DNA of 64,000 bases from the NCBI GenBank assembly GCA_003164215.1, contig PLSR01000017.1:28656-92655 (forward strand), read 5' to 3'. The DNA is from Candidatus Kaiserbacteria bacterium. GTDB taxonomy: Bacteria > Patescibacteriota > Minisyncoccia > Phycocordibacterales > UBA2100. Position 1 is the first letter of the stretch. Every line of letters begins with the position of its first letter. A program made the translations under genes and the position numbers. This document shows positions 29,722 through 39,077 of this stretch, in pieces. The notes below the pieces were generated by a model. The model was not told the origin of the DNA and did no database searches. It saw only the letters and a list, made by a program, of their open reading frames with translations.

Positions 29722-29884
29722 TAATATCTTCCCAGTGTGGGTTACCGATTTGTCCGCGCGCAACGCGGTTACAAATAGCAATCCCTTGTGGACTGGAATT
29801 GGCACTTTATTCCTCGATGTACTCGGAACAAGTTGCCGGCGGTTCGACGAGCCAGGACTCTCACCGCACTCTTGATACGATATG
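29722..29884 (-). ncRNA. SAM-I (S-box) riboswitch
   Basis: Minus strand TATCAAGAG-TGCGGTGAGAGTCCTGGCTCGTCGAACCGC-CGGCAAC...AGTGCCAATTCCAG...CTGGGAAGATA, upstream of metK; downstream hairpin at 29693-29714. Confidence 0.9.
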
Positions 29885-29952
29885 GGGCGTGTGTGTGCAT
29901 CCTAGCAGACGCCGCGGGCGATGTCAGATGTACGCGTGTGGATAACTGTGCT

Positions 29953-30951
29953 TCAGTGCGAGACCTTCTTCGCACCCAAGAGATCGGCGACGATCTCCGC
30001 AAGTTTGGCCGGGTCGTGTCGGACAAGCGAACTTTCGCGGCTTGGCGTACCAATTTTATTGTTCGTATAAAAATGCTTCACGTGCAAATTCGCGCCGATG
30101 AGCGTACGGCCTTTCGGAAGATCGTCCCATGATGTCGGCGTGTCATTGACGCGCGCGTATCGTTTCAAAAGCTCCTCGCTCGGTTTCTTGTTGTTGTAGA
30201 TCACAATATCGACTGGGGAACCAAGATACTTCTCGATCGTCGTCGTGTAATCGGCGACGCTAAAATTGCGGGTGTGCTCGACTTTCGTCATCAAACTGCA
30301 AACGAATATCTTCTTCGCCTTGCTCTTCTTAATCGCTTCGGGGATGCCGCGAACGAGGAGGTTGGGGACGAGGCTCGCGTAAAGGTTTCCCGGACCGATG
30401 ATGATGACGTCGGCTTCATGGATCGCCTTGAGTGCTTTCGGATTCGCGCGTCCGGCAGGTTCGAGCCAGAGGCGTTTCAAGGAACCATTGAGCTTGGTCA
30501 TCTGGATCTTCTCTTCGCCGCGGATCGTGCGCGTGCCGACCTGTGCCATGAGATGCACCTCATCCAAGGTCGCCGGGACGACGCGGCCGTCGAGGCGTAA
30601 GATCTCGCTCGCTTTCTCGACGGCATCGTCGAATGAGCCGGTCACTTTTTCCAACGCAGACAAGAGCAGGTTGCCGAAATTCAATCCCTTCAATCCGCCG
30701 TTCTCAAAGCGATAGCTCATGAGGTCGCGCATCAGTTTGTCTGATCGAGAGAGCGCGACCAGACATTGGCGCACGTCGCCCGGCGGCAGGACGCCGAGCT
30801 CGTCGCGCAGGACGCCGGAGGAGCCGCCGTTATCCGACATGGCAACAATCGCCGTGAGATTAAAGGGATATTTCTTGAGGCCGGTCAGGATCGTGAACGT
30901 GCCGGTCCCGCCGCCCAAAACGACCACGTTTTTCTTCTGTTTTTTCTGCAT
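29953..30951 (-). CDS. yvcK: YvcK/GlmR gluconeogenesis factor family protein
   Basis: VVLGGGTG, SDNGGSSG.LR, PPGDVR, GPGNLY.S, RHD. Confidence 0.9.
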   Translation of the reverse strand: MQKKQKKNVVVLGGGTGTFTILTGLKKYPFNLTAIVAMSDNGGSSGVLRDELGVLPPGDVRQCLVALSRSDKLMRDLMSYRFENGGLKGLNFGNLLLSALEKVTGSFDDAVEKASEILRLDGRVVPATLDEVHLMAQVGTRTIRGEEKIQMTKLNGSLKRLWLEPAGRANPKALKAIHEADVIIIGPGNLYASLVPNLLVRGIPEAIKKSKAKKIFVCSLMTKVEHTRNFSVADYTTTIEKYLGSPVDIVIYNNKKPSEELLKRYARVNDTPTSWDDLPKGRTLIGANLHVKHFYTNNKIGTPSRESSLVRHDPAKLAEIVADLLGAKKVSH

Positions 30952-31063
30952 AGCACAATCCGGGGAATAGTAGCAGAAATCGAGCTTTTTCGCCATTGAC
31001 AGCCCACTTTGCTCGAATGAACGCATGACGTACTATGGTCGTATCGGCGGGTACGCATTATAT

Positions 31064-31567
31064 ATGACTTCGAAAACCATCAAATTTCTCATCGGCCTCA
31101 TCATCCTTCTTTTTCTCGTCATTTGCGCGATGACCGCATATCTCGTGTTCACCCCAGGTCGTCAAAAGACATCATCGAACGTTCCGATGAGCACCACAAC
31201 GCCTTCGATGACAGCGACTCCGGTCGCATCGTCGACGGAACCGCTTTCAGCGAGCGTCACCGTCTCAGCGCCGGTACCCAACTCGACGGTCGGGAAGACT
31301 TTTGCCGTCACGGGCATCGCGCCGAACGGGTGGTACTTCGAAGCGGTCTTTCCGATACAAGTTCGTGATCCAAATGACAACCTGATCGCGACAGGACAAG
31401 GACATGCGCAAAACGACTGGACTGTCGCGGGGCCTGTCGCATTCACTTCCTCGATCACACTTATCGGAGATTATTCCGGTCCTGCCGATCTCATCCTCTT
31501 GCGCGATAATCCATCGGGATTGCCCGAAAATGATGATGAAGTGACTATGCCGATCGTAATCAAATAA
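31064..31567 (+). CDS. Membrane-anchored Gmad2-like Ig domain protein
   Basis: GWYFEAVFPI...DW...DNPSGLP. Confidence 0.8.
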   Translation: MTSKTIKFLIGLIILLFLVICAMTAYLVFTPGRQKTSSNVPMSTTTPSMTATPVASSTEPLSASVTVSAPVPNSTVGKTFAVTGIAPNGWYFEAVFPIQVRDPNDNLIATGQGHAQNDWTVAGPVAFTSSITLIGDYSGPADLILLRDNPSGLPENDDEVTMPIVIK

Positions 31568-31568
31568 T

Positions 31569-32237
31569 ATGCAGGATCTGAAGGAAAAAGAACGACGCCT
31601 GCGCGCAAAAAAGATCGTCGCGTATCTCAAGCGCGCATATCCCGTGCCGAAGAGCGAGTTGACGTACAAGACGCCGTTCCAATTCGTCGTTGCGGTCATG
31701 ATGTCGGCGCAATGCACCGATAAGGTCGTTAATCGCGTGACGGATACGCTCTTCAATATATATAAGACACCCCTCGACTTTGCTGGGGCTAAACCGCAGG
31801 ACTTCGAACGAGAAATATCGTCGGTGACATTCTTCAGAAATAAAGCGAAGGCGATACGGGCGGCCGCCAAAATCGTCGTAGACGATTTTGGCGGCCGCGT
31901 CCCCAAGACTATTGCCGAGCTCACGACGCTCCCCGGAGTTGCCTATAAGACCGCCAACGTCGTCTTGGGCGAGCTTTACGATATTTGGGAAGGCATTCCG
32001 ACCGACACGCACGTGAAGCGATTCGCGTATCGGTTCGATCTTTCCGATAACTCGGACCTAACGAAAATATCAAAGGATCTCGAACGCCTTATCGCGAAAA
32101 AGGATTGGAAATATGTGAACAACGGACTCGTTCTTTACGGCCGCTATATTTGTCCGGCGCGTCCGCATGACTGTTCGACACATCCGCTTACAAAGTTGTG
32201 GCCACCGAGCGCGAGCCGGTGGCCACAATCTGCCTGA
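31569..32237 (+). CDS. nth: Endonuclease III
   Basis: SAQCTD..VN, LPGVAYKTANV, DTHV. Confidence 0.9.
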   Translation: MQDLKEKERRLRAKKIVAYLKRAYPVPKSELTYKTPFQFVVAVMMSAQCTDKVVNRVTDTLFNIYKTPLDFAGAKPQDFEREISSVTFFRNKAKAIRAAAKIVVDDFGGRVPKTIAELTTLPGVAYKTANVVLGELYDIWEGIPTDTHVKRFAYRFDLSDNSDLTKISKDLERLIAKKDWKYVNNGLVLYGRYICPARPHDCSTHPLTKLWPPSASRWPQSA

Positions 32238-32240
32238 ACA

Positions 32241-32459
32241 TTATTTTTGTTTGGCGGCGATCCCGTCCCAATCGCGCGGATCGTGCGCCGGTGTGAATGC
32301 TGCGTCGTTCGGAACATACGGAGGATCGGGTGACCTTTTGGGGAGCCACTCGACCGAGAAAACGGCGCACCGCGCGCAGACGACGCGGCCGTCCGTAAGC
32401 GAAATTGTCGCATTCGATGTGCTGCAATCGGGTGCGATATGTGATTGGCACTCTGTCAT
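32241..32459 (-). CDS. Small Cys-containing hypothetical protein
   Basis: Fills the gap between nth and the HAD gene; CARC motif. Confidence 0.4.
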   Translation of the reverse strand: MTECQSHIAPDCSTSNATISLTDGRVVCARCAVFSVEWLPKRSPDPPYVPNDAAFTPAHDPRDWDGIAAKQK

Positions 32460-32547
32460 TCATTGCCTCCCTGTCGCTTATTTCCAGTCTCGAATATACC
32501 TCTTTTGCTGACATTCGCAAAGGCGGGTTTTGCGGTAGTATGTGGGC

Positions 32548-33237
32548 ATGACAGCAAAACGTCGTGTGGCGGTATTCGATGTCGACGGAACGATATTCCG
32601 ATCATCGTTGCTCGTTCAAGTCGTCGATCAATTGATCCGCGATGGCGTATTCCCGGAAGATGCGCAGGCGACCTACGCGCGGCAGCTCGAGCGGTGGCAG
32701 AATCGCGAAGGGGACTACGAGACGTATATCGACGCCGTCGTCAAAGCATTTACCCAGCACATCGTCGGCGCGCATTATAGTGCCCTCGCGGACGCATCGA
32801 AGCGTGTCGTCGCCGCACAGTGGAAACGCACCTACGTCTATCCGCGCACCCTCATCAAGCAGCTCAAAGATCGCGGTTACTACTTGCTCGCGATCTCGCA
32901 TTCTCCAAAGACCATTCTTGATATGTTCTGCCCGCGACTCGGCTTCGATAAGGTCTACGGACTTTTGTACGAGATCGACGGTGATGAAAAATTCACCGGG
33001 AAGATCATAGAGGAACAGGCGCTCGACAAGGCGTACCTCATTCGTCGCGCGGTAGACAAGGAATCCTTGATGCTCACCAACTCGATCGGTGTCGGTGACA
33101 CAGAGAGCGACATAAAGTTCCTCGAGATCGTCGCGAAGCCGATCTGTTTCAATCCCAACGCCGCGCTCTATGCCCATGCGAAAAAAGAGAAGTGGAAAGT
33201 CGTCGTCGAGCGGAAGGATGTTATTTATCAATTATGA
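32548..33237 (+). CDS. HAD-IB family hydrolase
   Basis: FDVDGT, ISHS, GDTESD. Confidence 0.9.
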   Translation: MTAKRRVAVFDVDGTIFRSSLLVQVVDQLIRDGVFPEDAQATYARQLERWQNREGDYETYIDAVVKAFTQHIVGAHYSALADASKRVVAAQWKRTYVYPRTLIKQLKDRGYYLLAISHSPKTILDMFCPRLGFDKVYGLLYEIDGDEKFTGKIIEEQALDKAYLIRRAVDKESLMLTNSIGVGDTESDIKFLEIVAKPICFNPNAALYAHAKKEKWKVVVERKDVIYQL

Positions 33238-34223
33238 GCCGCACGTTACTGAGGCGCTCGGCATATTCTCCCGCCGAACGCCACCTTCGGCTGACGGGTC
33301 CTGGACGAGCTACGAAGGACTCCGCACCAGGCTCTGCAACGGCAGGCGAGGTTCGTCGGAGAGAACATGCCGAGCGCCCCACCCCACCTTCGGTGCGATC
33401 ATTTCAAAACGAAGTTTGGAACTATTGGAAAAAGAACGGGCGGCACGATCTCCCGTGGCGCAAGACCAAAGACCCGTACAAGATCCTTGTTTCAGAGGTG
33501 ATGCTGCAGCAGACGCAGGTGTCTCGGGTGATCGAGAAATACAAGGAATTTCTGCACGCATTTCCGAATGTAGAAACATTGGCGACGTCAAAGCTTAGCG
33601 ATGTGCTGAAAGTCTGGAGCGGAATGGGGTACAACCGGCGCGGAAAATATCTGCGCGATGCGGCGACCACGATCGTTAAGAAGTACGATGGCAAAGTTCC
33701 ACGCGACGTGGCCTCGCTCCGCGCACTTCCCGGTGTCGGTCCGTACACTGCTTCAGCGGTGTTGATCTTCGCGTTCAATATCCCTGACACGATGATCGAG
33801 ACGAATGTCCGTTCCGCGTATATCCAACATTTTTTTAATGCCCCTGCTGCTCTAAGGTTAAACCTTAGAGCACGGATCGCCGACAAAGAACTACTGCCGT
33901 TCATCGAGGCGGCCGCCGAGGGGCAGGATCCGCGGACGTGGCATTGGGCGCTGATGGATTATGGAAGCTATCTCAAGAAACGGCACAAGAACCCATCGCG
34001 TGCGAGCGCACATTACGTGAGGCAATCGAAATTCGAAGGTTCCTTGCGGCAAGTTCGTGGCGCGATTTTGCGCACACTTCACCTGGGGTCGAGAACCGAC
34101 CGCGCGCTAAGCTCCGAGCTTGGCATACAAAGCTCAGAGCTCGGTAAATTTGAAGCGGCACTTGCCGGGCTTGCGCGGGATGGGATGATCGTGAAGCGGA
34201 AGGGGAGGTGGGGAATGTGTTAG
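33234..34223 (+). CDS. mutY: A/G-specific adenine glycosylase (short form) carrying palindromic inserts
   Basis: LPWR, SEVMLQQT, WSGMGY, LPGVGPYTA, ETNVR; ATG overlaps the HAD stop (ATGA). Confidence 0.85.
   Translation: MSRTLLRRSAYSPAERHLRLTGPGRATKDSAPGSATAGEVRRREHAERPTPPSVRSFQNEVWNYWKKNGRHDLPWRKTKDPYKILVSEVMLQQTQVSRVIEKYKEFLHAFPNVETLATSKLSDVLKVWSGMGYNRRGKYLRDAATTIVKKYDGKVPRDVASLRALPGVGPYTASAVLIFAFNIPDTMIETNVRSAYIQHFFNAPAALRLNLRARIADKELLPFIEAAAEGQDPRTWHWALMDYGSYLKKRHKNPSRASAHYVRQSKFEGSLRQVRGAILRTLHLGSRTDRALSSELGIQSSELGKFEAALAGLARDGMIVKRKGRWGMC
33251..33380 (-). repeat. 130-nt long-stem hairpin element with GAACCTCGC, within the mutY 5' region
   Basis: Arms GGCGCTCGGCAT/ATGCCGAGCGCC extending to CGAAC/GTTCG. 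Confidence 0.7.
34107..34144. repeat. Paired palindrome repeat, copy D, inside mutY
   Basis: AAGCTC-C-GAGCTT plus CAAAGCTC-A-GAGCT; translated as LSSELGIQSSELG. Confidence 0.75.
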
Positions 34224-34307
34224 GAAGATGACATAAAGACGTCCCCATTGTTTTCTTTTGTTGGAATGGTAGGGTGCGCTACGGGTCGCGTCCAATCGGA
34301 GGCTCCA

Positions 34308-34769
34308 ATGGACACATTCGACGACATTATACCGGAGTACCAGTCGAGCATCATAAAGCGATATCAGTGGTGGACACTCCTGCTTAATCAGGATCAGCGT
34401 TATCTCGGTCGCGCCGTTCTGTGGCTGAAACGTGAAGGAGAGATGCAGCGTCTTTCAGATCTTACTTTGAGCGAATTCAGAGAAATGAGGACAGCGCTTC
34501 GCGAATATGACCGGGCTATTCGCCAAGAATGGTGTGCGGATCATATGAATGACGCCTGGCTCGGGAATTTTTTTCACGAACACGGCGGACATGGCCATAT
34601 GCACCTCATCCCGCGTTATAAGAATGAACGCATCTTCGCTGGGGTGACGTTCATCGATGGTCGGTGGGGAAAGAACTACACTCCGTATGAACCGTATAAG
34701 CCGGAGGAAGGTGTGTTCCTCACGATCCGAGATGAGTTGCGTAAGCGGATTCGAGGGAGTGTGAGGTGA
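34308..34769 (+). CDS. HIT family protein
   Basis: HGHMHLIPRY; GGAGG SD. Confidence 0.8.
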   Translation: MDTFDDIIPEYQSSIIKRYQWWTLLLNQDQRYLGRAVLWLKREGEMQRLSDLTLSEFREMRTALREYDRAIRQEWCADHMNDAWLGNFFHEHGGHGHMHLIPRYKNERIFAGVTFIDGRWGKNYTPYEPYKPEEGVFLTIRDELRKRIRGSVR

Positions 34770-34782
34770 CAGAACAACGAAA

Positions 34783-34814
34783 GCGGGCGCCAAAGGCGCC
34801 CGCGTTTCTTTTTT
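34783..34814 (+). terminator. Intrinsic terminator between the HIT gene and rnj
   Basis: GCGGGCGCC-AAA-GGCGCCCGC plus U-tract. Confidence 0.7.
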
Positions 34815-34828
34815 CAGAGAAGTGAAAT

Positions 34829-36847
34829 TTAGATCGAAACGATCACCGGGATCACGATCGGTCGCTTCATGGTGCTTTGCAGAAGGAATCGTGAGACAGC
34901 GTCGGCGAGATCTTCACGGGCGATATCGAGATCGGCGCCGCGCGGGTTGCGCAGTGACGTCTCGACGCTCTTTCGAATGATGAGGCGCGTCTGATCCATG
35001 AGGTCCTTGTTGTCGCGCAGATAGACGAAGCCGCGGGAGATGATGTCCGGGGACTTGTGGAGTTTGCCCGTGCGGCGGTCGACGGTCGCGACGACGACGC
35101 AGAATCCTTCCTGACCCAAGGCCTTGCGGTCGCGCATGAGGACCTCGGAGATCTCTGAGATCGTGTGTCCTTCGACGACGCGCAATTCCGCCGGCGCCTT
35201 GAATGGTTGCTTCACGATCTTTTCGCCATTAATGATCTCGATGATGGAGCTGTTATCGGGAACGATGATGTTCTCTTTCTTTACCCCCATCTCTTCGCCG
35301 AGATCAGCGTGGACGCGCAACATGTAGTGGTAGCCGTGGACCGGCACGAAGAACTTCGGCTTGATCTGTCGGTGGATCCACTTTGCTTCTTCAGCATTGC
35401 CGTGACCGGAGGCATGAACGTCGGAGGTGTGATAGGTGATGATCTTCGCCCCTTGACGCGAGAGATTGTCCTTGAGCTTCTGCACGGCGCGTTCGTTGCC
35501 CGGAATGACGGACGACGAGAGCACAATCGTATCGGTCGGTTCGATGTGGATGTACTTATGGGTCTTGTTGCCGATGCGCGCCAATGATGCGAATTCGTCG
35601 CCCTGCGCCCCTGTCGCGAGGATGATGAGATCTTCTTTTTTGTACTGCGCCATGTTCTCGACGGCGACAACGGTATCATCCTTGTATTTGAGGATGCCGA
35701 GCTCGCGTGCGATCTCGAGGTTGGTGCGCATCGAGCGTCCGTCGATGACGACTTTCTTGCCGTATTTCTCGGCGAACATCATCACGCGGATAAGACGTTC
35801 GAGGTGCGAAGCGAACATCGCGATGATGAGACGGCTGTGGGAATTCTTCACGAGCTCTTCGAGCGTACGATAGACGTTCGATTCGGGGATCGACCAACCC
35901 GGTTGCCAGACATTGGTCGAGTCCATCAAGAGCACAAGAACCTTGCGATCTTTGAACATGCCGAACTCGCGTTTCTCTTCGTCCGACGCCTCGCCGTTCT
36001 CGTGGTTGAGCTTAATGTCGCCGGTGAATACGACGTCGCCCCATGGCGTTTCGATGACGATGCCCATGGAATCCGGCACGGTGTGCGAGACGCCGAAGAA
36101 TCGGATCGAGGTGTTGCCGAGCTTGATGACCTCGTCCTTCTCGACTTCGCGAAGATTGATCGCGGGCAGGTGCGGGAATTCCTCTTGGCGCTTTTTGATC
36201 ATCATGCCGGTGAGACGACGCGTGTAGATCGTCGGATTGCCGATGCGATCAATGATATAGGGAATGCCGCCGATGTGATCGAGGTGGCCGTGCGAAACAA
36301 GGAGCCCGCGGATCTTGTCGCGGCGCTCTTCGAGGTAGCCGGTGTTGGGTAAAATATAATCAACGCCCGGCGTGTCATCTTCGGAGAAGGCGAATCCGCA
36401 GTCGAGGATGAAGATGTCGTTGCCGAATTCGACCGCGGTCATGTTGCGGCCGATCTCTTCGACACCGCCCAAGGGAATAATGCGCACGACGCCTTCGGCG
36501 GGCGGCGGGATCTTGGCAGCTGTTGATATGCGACCGAGATCGGTCGGCGTCGCGTGCGTCGGTCTGCCGCCACGCGGCTTCATCGGGCGCGCGGGTCGCT
36601 GTGAGAGCGGTCGTCCACGCCGGAAGGGTTTTGCTCCGGAACCGGAGTGAGGTCCTTGCGGGCCGGCTGAATTACTTGGTCCGCGGTTCGGTCCGCCGGG
36701 TCTTTGGAATGGTCGTTGGTTTTGTGGGCGACGTTGTTGCGGTCGTCCACCGGGAATCGGAGAGCTAGAGCCCCCCGGGGTGTGTGGTGTGTCCATACTA
36801 ATTGCTCTAATGATTCGGATCGAACGATCCGTGTCTGTTAATACCAT
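34829..36847 (-). CDS. rnj: Ribonuclease J with a disordered N-terminal extension
   Basis: PLGGVEEIGRNM, SHGHLDHIG, HASGH, SRGFVY. Confidence 0.95.
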   Translation of the reverse strand: MVLTDTDRSIRIIRAISMDTPHTPGGSSSPIPGGRPQQRRPQNQRPFQRPGGPNRGPSNSAGPQGPHSGSGAKPFRRGRPLSQRPARPMKPRGGRPTHATPTDLGRISTAAKIPPPAEGVVRIIPLGGVEEIGRNMTAVEFGNDIFILDCGFAFSEDDTPGVDYILPNTGYLEERRDKIRGLLVSHGHLDHIGGIPYIIDRIGNPTIYTRRLTGMMIKKRQEEFPHLPAINLREVEKDEVIKLGNTSIRFFGVSHTVPDSMGIVIETPWGDVVFTGDIKLNHENGEASDEEKREFGMFKDRKVLVLLMDSTNVWQPGWSIPESNVYRTLEELVKNSHSRLIIAMFASHLERLIRVMMFAEKYGKKVVIDGRSMRTNLEIARELGILKYKDDTVVAVENMAQYKKEDLIILATGAQGDEFASLARIGNKTHKYIHIEPTDTIVLSSSVIPGNERAVQKLKDNLSRQGAKIITYHTSDVHASGHGNAEEAKWIHRQIKPKFFVPVHGYHYMLRVHADLGEEMGVKKENIIVPDNSSIIEIINGEKIVKQPFKAPAELRVVEGHTISEISEVLMRDRKALGQEGFCVVVATVDRRTGKLHKSPDIISRGFVYLRDNKDLMDQTRLIIRKSVETSLRNPRGADLDIAREDLADAVSRFLLQSTMKRPIVIPVIVSI

Positions 36848-36874
36848 CTAATAAATAGCTATAAGGTTGATCGG

Positions 36875-38728
36875 CTACCGTGATGTGCCGCCGGCAAAGA
36901 TCCCCCACACGCTCTGTGTTTGTGTATACCAATCGTCGATGCCGGAAAAACGATCAGCGGGTGTTGTCAGGGCTCCCAAAGTGATGCCCTTGATTGACGG
37001 AGGAACTATATACAAAAAGTCGGGTGCGTACAAGAAGACTGCAGGCTGATCCTTTTCGACATCGGCGGCGAATTGCGTATAGAGCGCATTACGAGCCGTA
37101 ACATCAGTCGTTGCGCGCGCTTGAGAAAGCAGCGTATCCGTCGTCTCGTTCGCATACATGGCGAGGTTCAACCCCGGGTCATTGCGTTGGGACGAGTGCC
37201 AGAACGCATAGAGGTCGAGCTGGGGTCCGACGACTTCGCCGAAGAGAACGGCGTCGTAATTACGCGGGCGTATGACGGACGTATTGAGCTCGGAGATCGG
37301 ATACACCTGCACCGACGCATGGATCCCTGCAGCGCTCCAAAAATTCGCGACGGCATTCGCGGTCGCGACGAGTTCGGGCTCGTCAGCGGTGGCAAGCGTG
37401 AATGACAATTTTTCTTTTCCTTTCTCCCACATAGTGTCGGTGGTGCTGAAACTCCATCCGCCCTTTTGCAAAAGTGTTCGTGCGGCATTCGCGTACGATG
37501 ATTCATCCGGTGTCGACGAGGAACTCGCCGCCGTGTTCTTCAGCGAGAGGAACGGGAGGGGAACGGCCGGTGCGACATCGCCCAAGATGCCTGGCGGGAT
37601 CGGTCCGTCGAGCTTCACGCCATATCCGCCCAAGACCGACGAGATGATCGCTTGTTTGTCGACGGCAGCATTAAGGGCAGCACGTACGCTTGAATCGGCC
37701 AAGACCACGTTGTGGCCCTGATTGAAGAAAACGCCGAAAACACGCGGCAGCGGCGACTTCACAATGTCAGCGTCGGTGCGTGAGAGGATCGGGAGATCGC
37801 TCGGAGAGATCCCCGCCATGCTGTCGATCTCGCCATCGTTGAACGCCTTCTCCATCGTTGCGTCATCGGGGTAGAAGTGGAACGTGAGCTTGTTCAGATA
37901 GGGAACTCCGCGCGTATAGTCGCCGAATGGCACGAGGTCGTAGCGTGTTGCAGAGCCAGTCGAATCAGTGCTGACCGAAGCAACTTTGAACGGACCGCTA
38001 CCGATCGGACGTGTATTCAGCGGGTCGAACGGGAACTCCTCGTCTGAAACATTTTGCCATAAGTGTTTCGGTAAGATGCCGAGCGTGGTGTTGTCAATGA
38101 ACGGAGCATAGGCATGCGGCAAGGTGAAGACGACGGTGTGCGGATCCGGACTTGCGACGGTAACGCCGGTCCAGTTCGCCGCTTGCGGACTCTTGAGATT
38201 GGGATCTTGTGTTGCGGCGACCGTGAAGAGCACGTCGGCGGCGGTGACCGGTGTGCCATCCTGGAACTTCGCATTCGGTCGGATGGTGAACGTGTAGATC
38301 GTTCCATCGGTAGAGACCGTATACCCCAGCGCGAGATCAGGGACGAACGAACCATCGGGCAGTTGGCGCATAAGGCCGGAATAGACGAGCGCCGTAAGAT
38401 CTTCGTCAGGTTGAGAGACCGTAAGGATCGGGTTGATGAAGCGGGCCGGTCCGACCTCACCCTCAGAGAGAGATCCGCCGCGCGCAGGAATATCGACTGA
38501 TACAGCTCGATCGATGTAGGTGACCATGAGAAGCACGCTCCCGGCGAGTAGCGCGGCAAGCATATACAAAAAGAGACGTTCCGCCGGCGAGAACCGACCG
38601 AGGAGATCCTCGAGTACCGAAAGACGCCCGACTCTGCGGGTCTTGGTGAGCGTCGTCAGGAGATCTTCGTGGCGGTCGTTCGTCTGGTCTATGTGATCTG
38701 ATTGGTCGGGGTCCGAATAGGAATCCAT
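36875..38728 (-). CDS. Peptide ABC transporter substrate-binding protein (family 5)
   Basis: FQDGTPVTAADVLFT and PIGSGPF. Confidence 0.9.
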   Translation of the reverse strand: MDSYSDPDQSDHIDQTNDRHEDLLTTLTKTRRVGRLSVLEDLLGRFSPAERLFLYMLAALLAGSVLLMVTYIDRAVSVDIPARGGSLSEGEVGPARFINPILTVSQPDEDLTALVYSGLMRQLPDGSFVPDLALGYTVSTDGTIYTFTIRPNAKFQDGTPVTAADVLFTVAATQDPNLKSPQAANWTGVTVASPDPHTVVFTLPHAYAPFIDNTTLGILPKHLWQNVSDEEFPFDPLNTRPIGSGPFKVASVSTDSTGSATRYDLVPFGDYTRGVPYLNKLTFHFYPDDATMEKAFNDGEIDSMAGISPSDLPILSRTDADIVKSPLPRVFGVFFNQGHNVVLADSSVRAALNAAVDKQAIISSVLGGYGVKLDGPIPPGILGDVAPAVPLPFLSLKNTAASSSSTPDESSYANAARTLLQKGGWSFSTTDTMWEKGKEKLSFTLATADEPELVATANAVANFWSAAGIHASVQVYPISELNTSVIRPRNYDAVLFGEVVGPQLDLYAFWHSSQRNDPGLNLAMYANETTDTLLSQARATTDVTARNALYTQFAADVEKDQPAVFLYAPDFLYIVPPSIKGITLGALTTPADRFSGIDDWYTQTQSVWGIFAGGTSR

Positions 38729-38781
38729 ACCGCAGGTTGGCCGGCTTCGTGCATTCGTGTATCGAACGACGAAAGGCGGGC

Positions 38782-39015
38782 TTAACTTATAAGAAGACTT
38801 ACCAATGCTGAAATCGCAAACAGTATACCAAGGATTATGGTCGCGTAGAAGAGTGTTTTCTCTAATCCGCGGCGGGTGTGGAAACCCGAGCTGAAATTAT
38901 CGGCACCGAATGCACCGCCCAGCGATGCCCCCGTCCTCTGCATTATGACAGATACAATGATGAGTGCGGAAAGAATTATCTGCACGTAGGGGAGAACGTG
39001 AGCGATCGTGGCCAT
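38782..39015 (-). CDS. secG: Preprotein translocase subunit SecG
   Basis: Two TMs, Q...LGGAFG, TRRGLEK.LF. Confidence 0.9.
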   Translation of the reverse strand: MATIAHVLPYVQIILSALIIVSVIMQRTGASLGGAFGADNFSSGFHTRRGLEKTLFYATIILGILFAISALVSLLIS

Positions 39016-39077
39016 GTAGAGCCACTGTAGCACATAACGACCCCGTTCGCAACTTCGTACATGCTATGATTCCTGCT

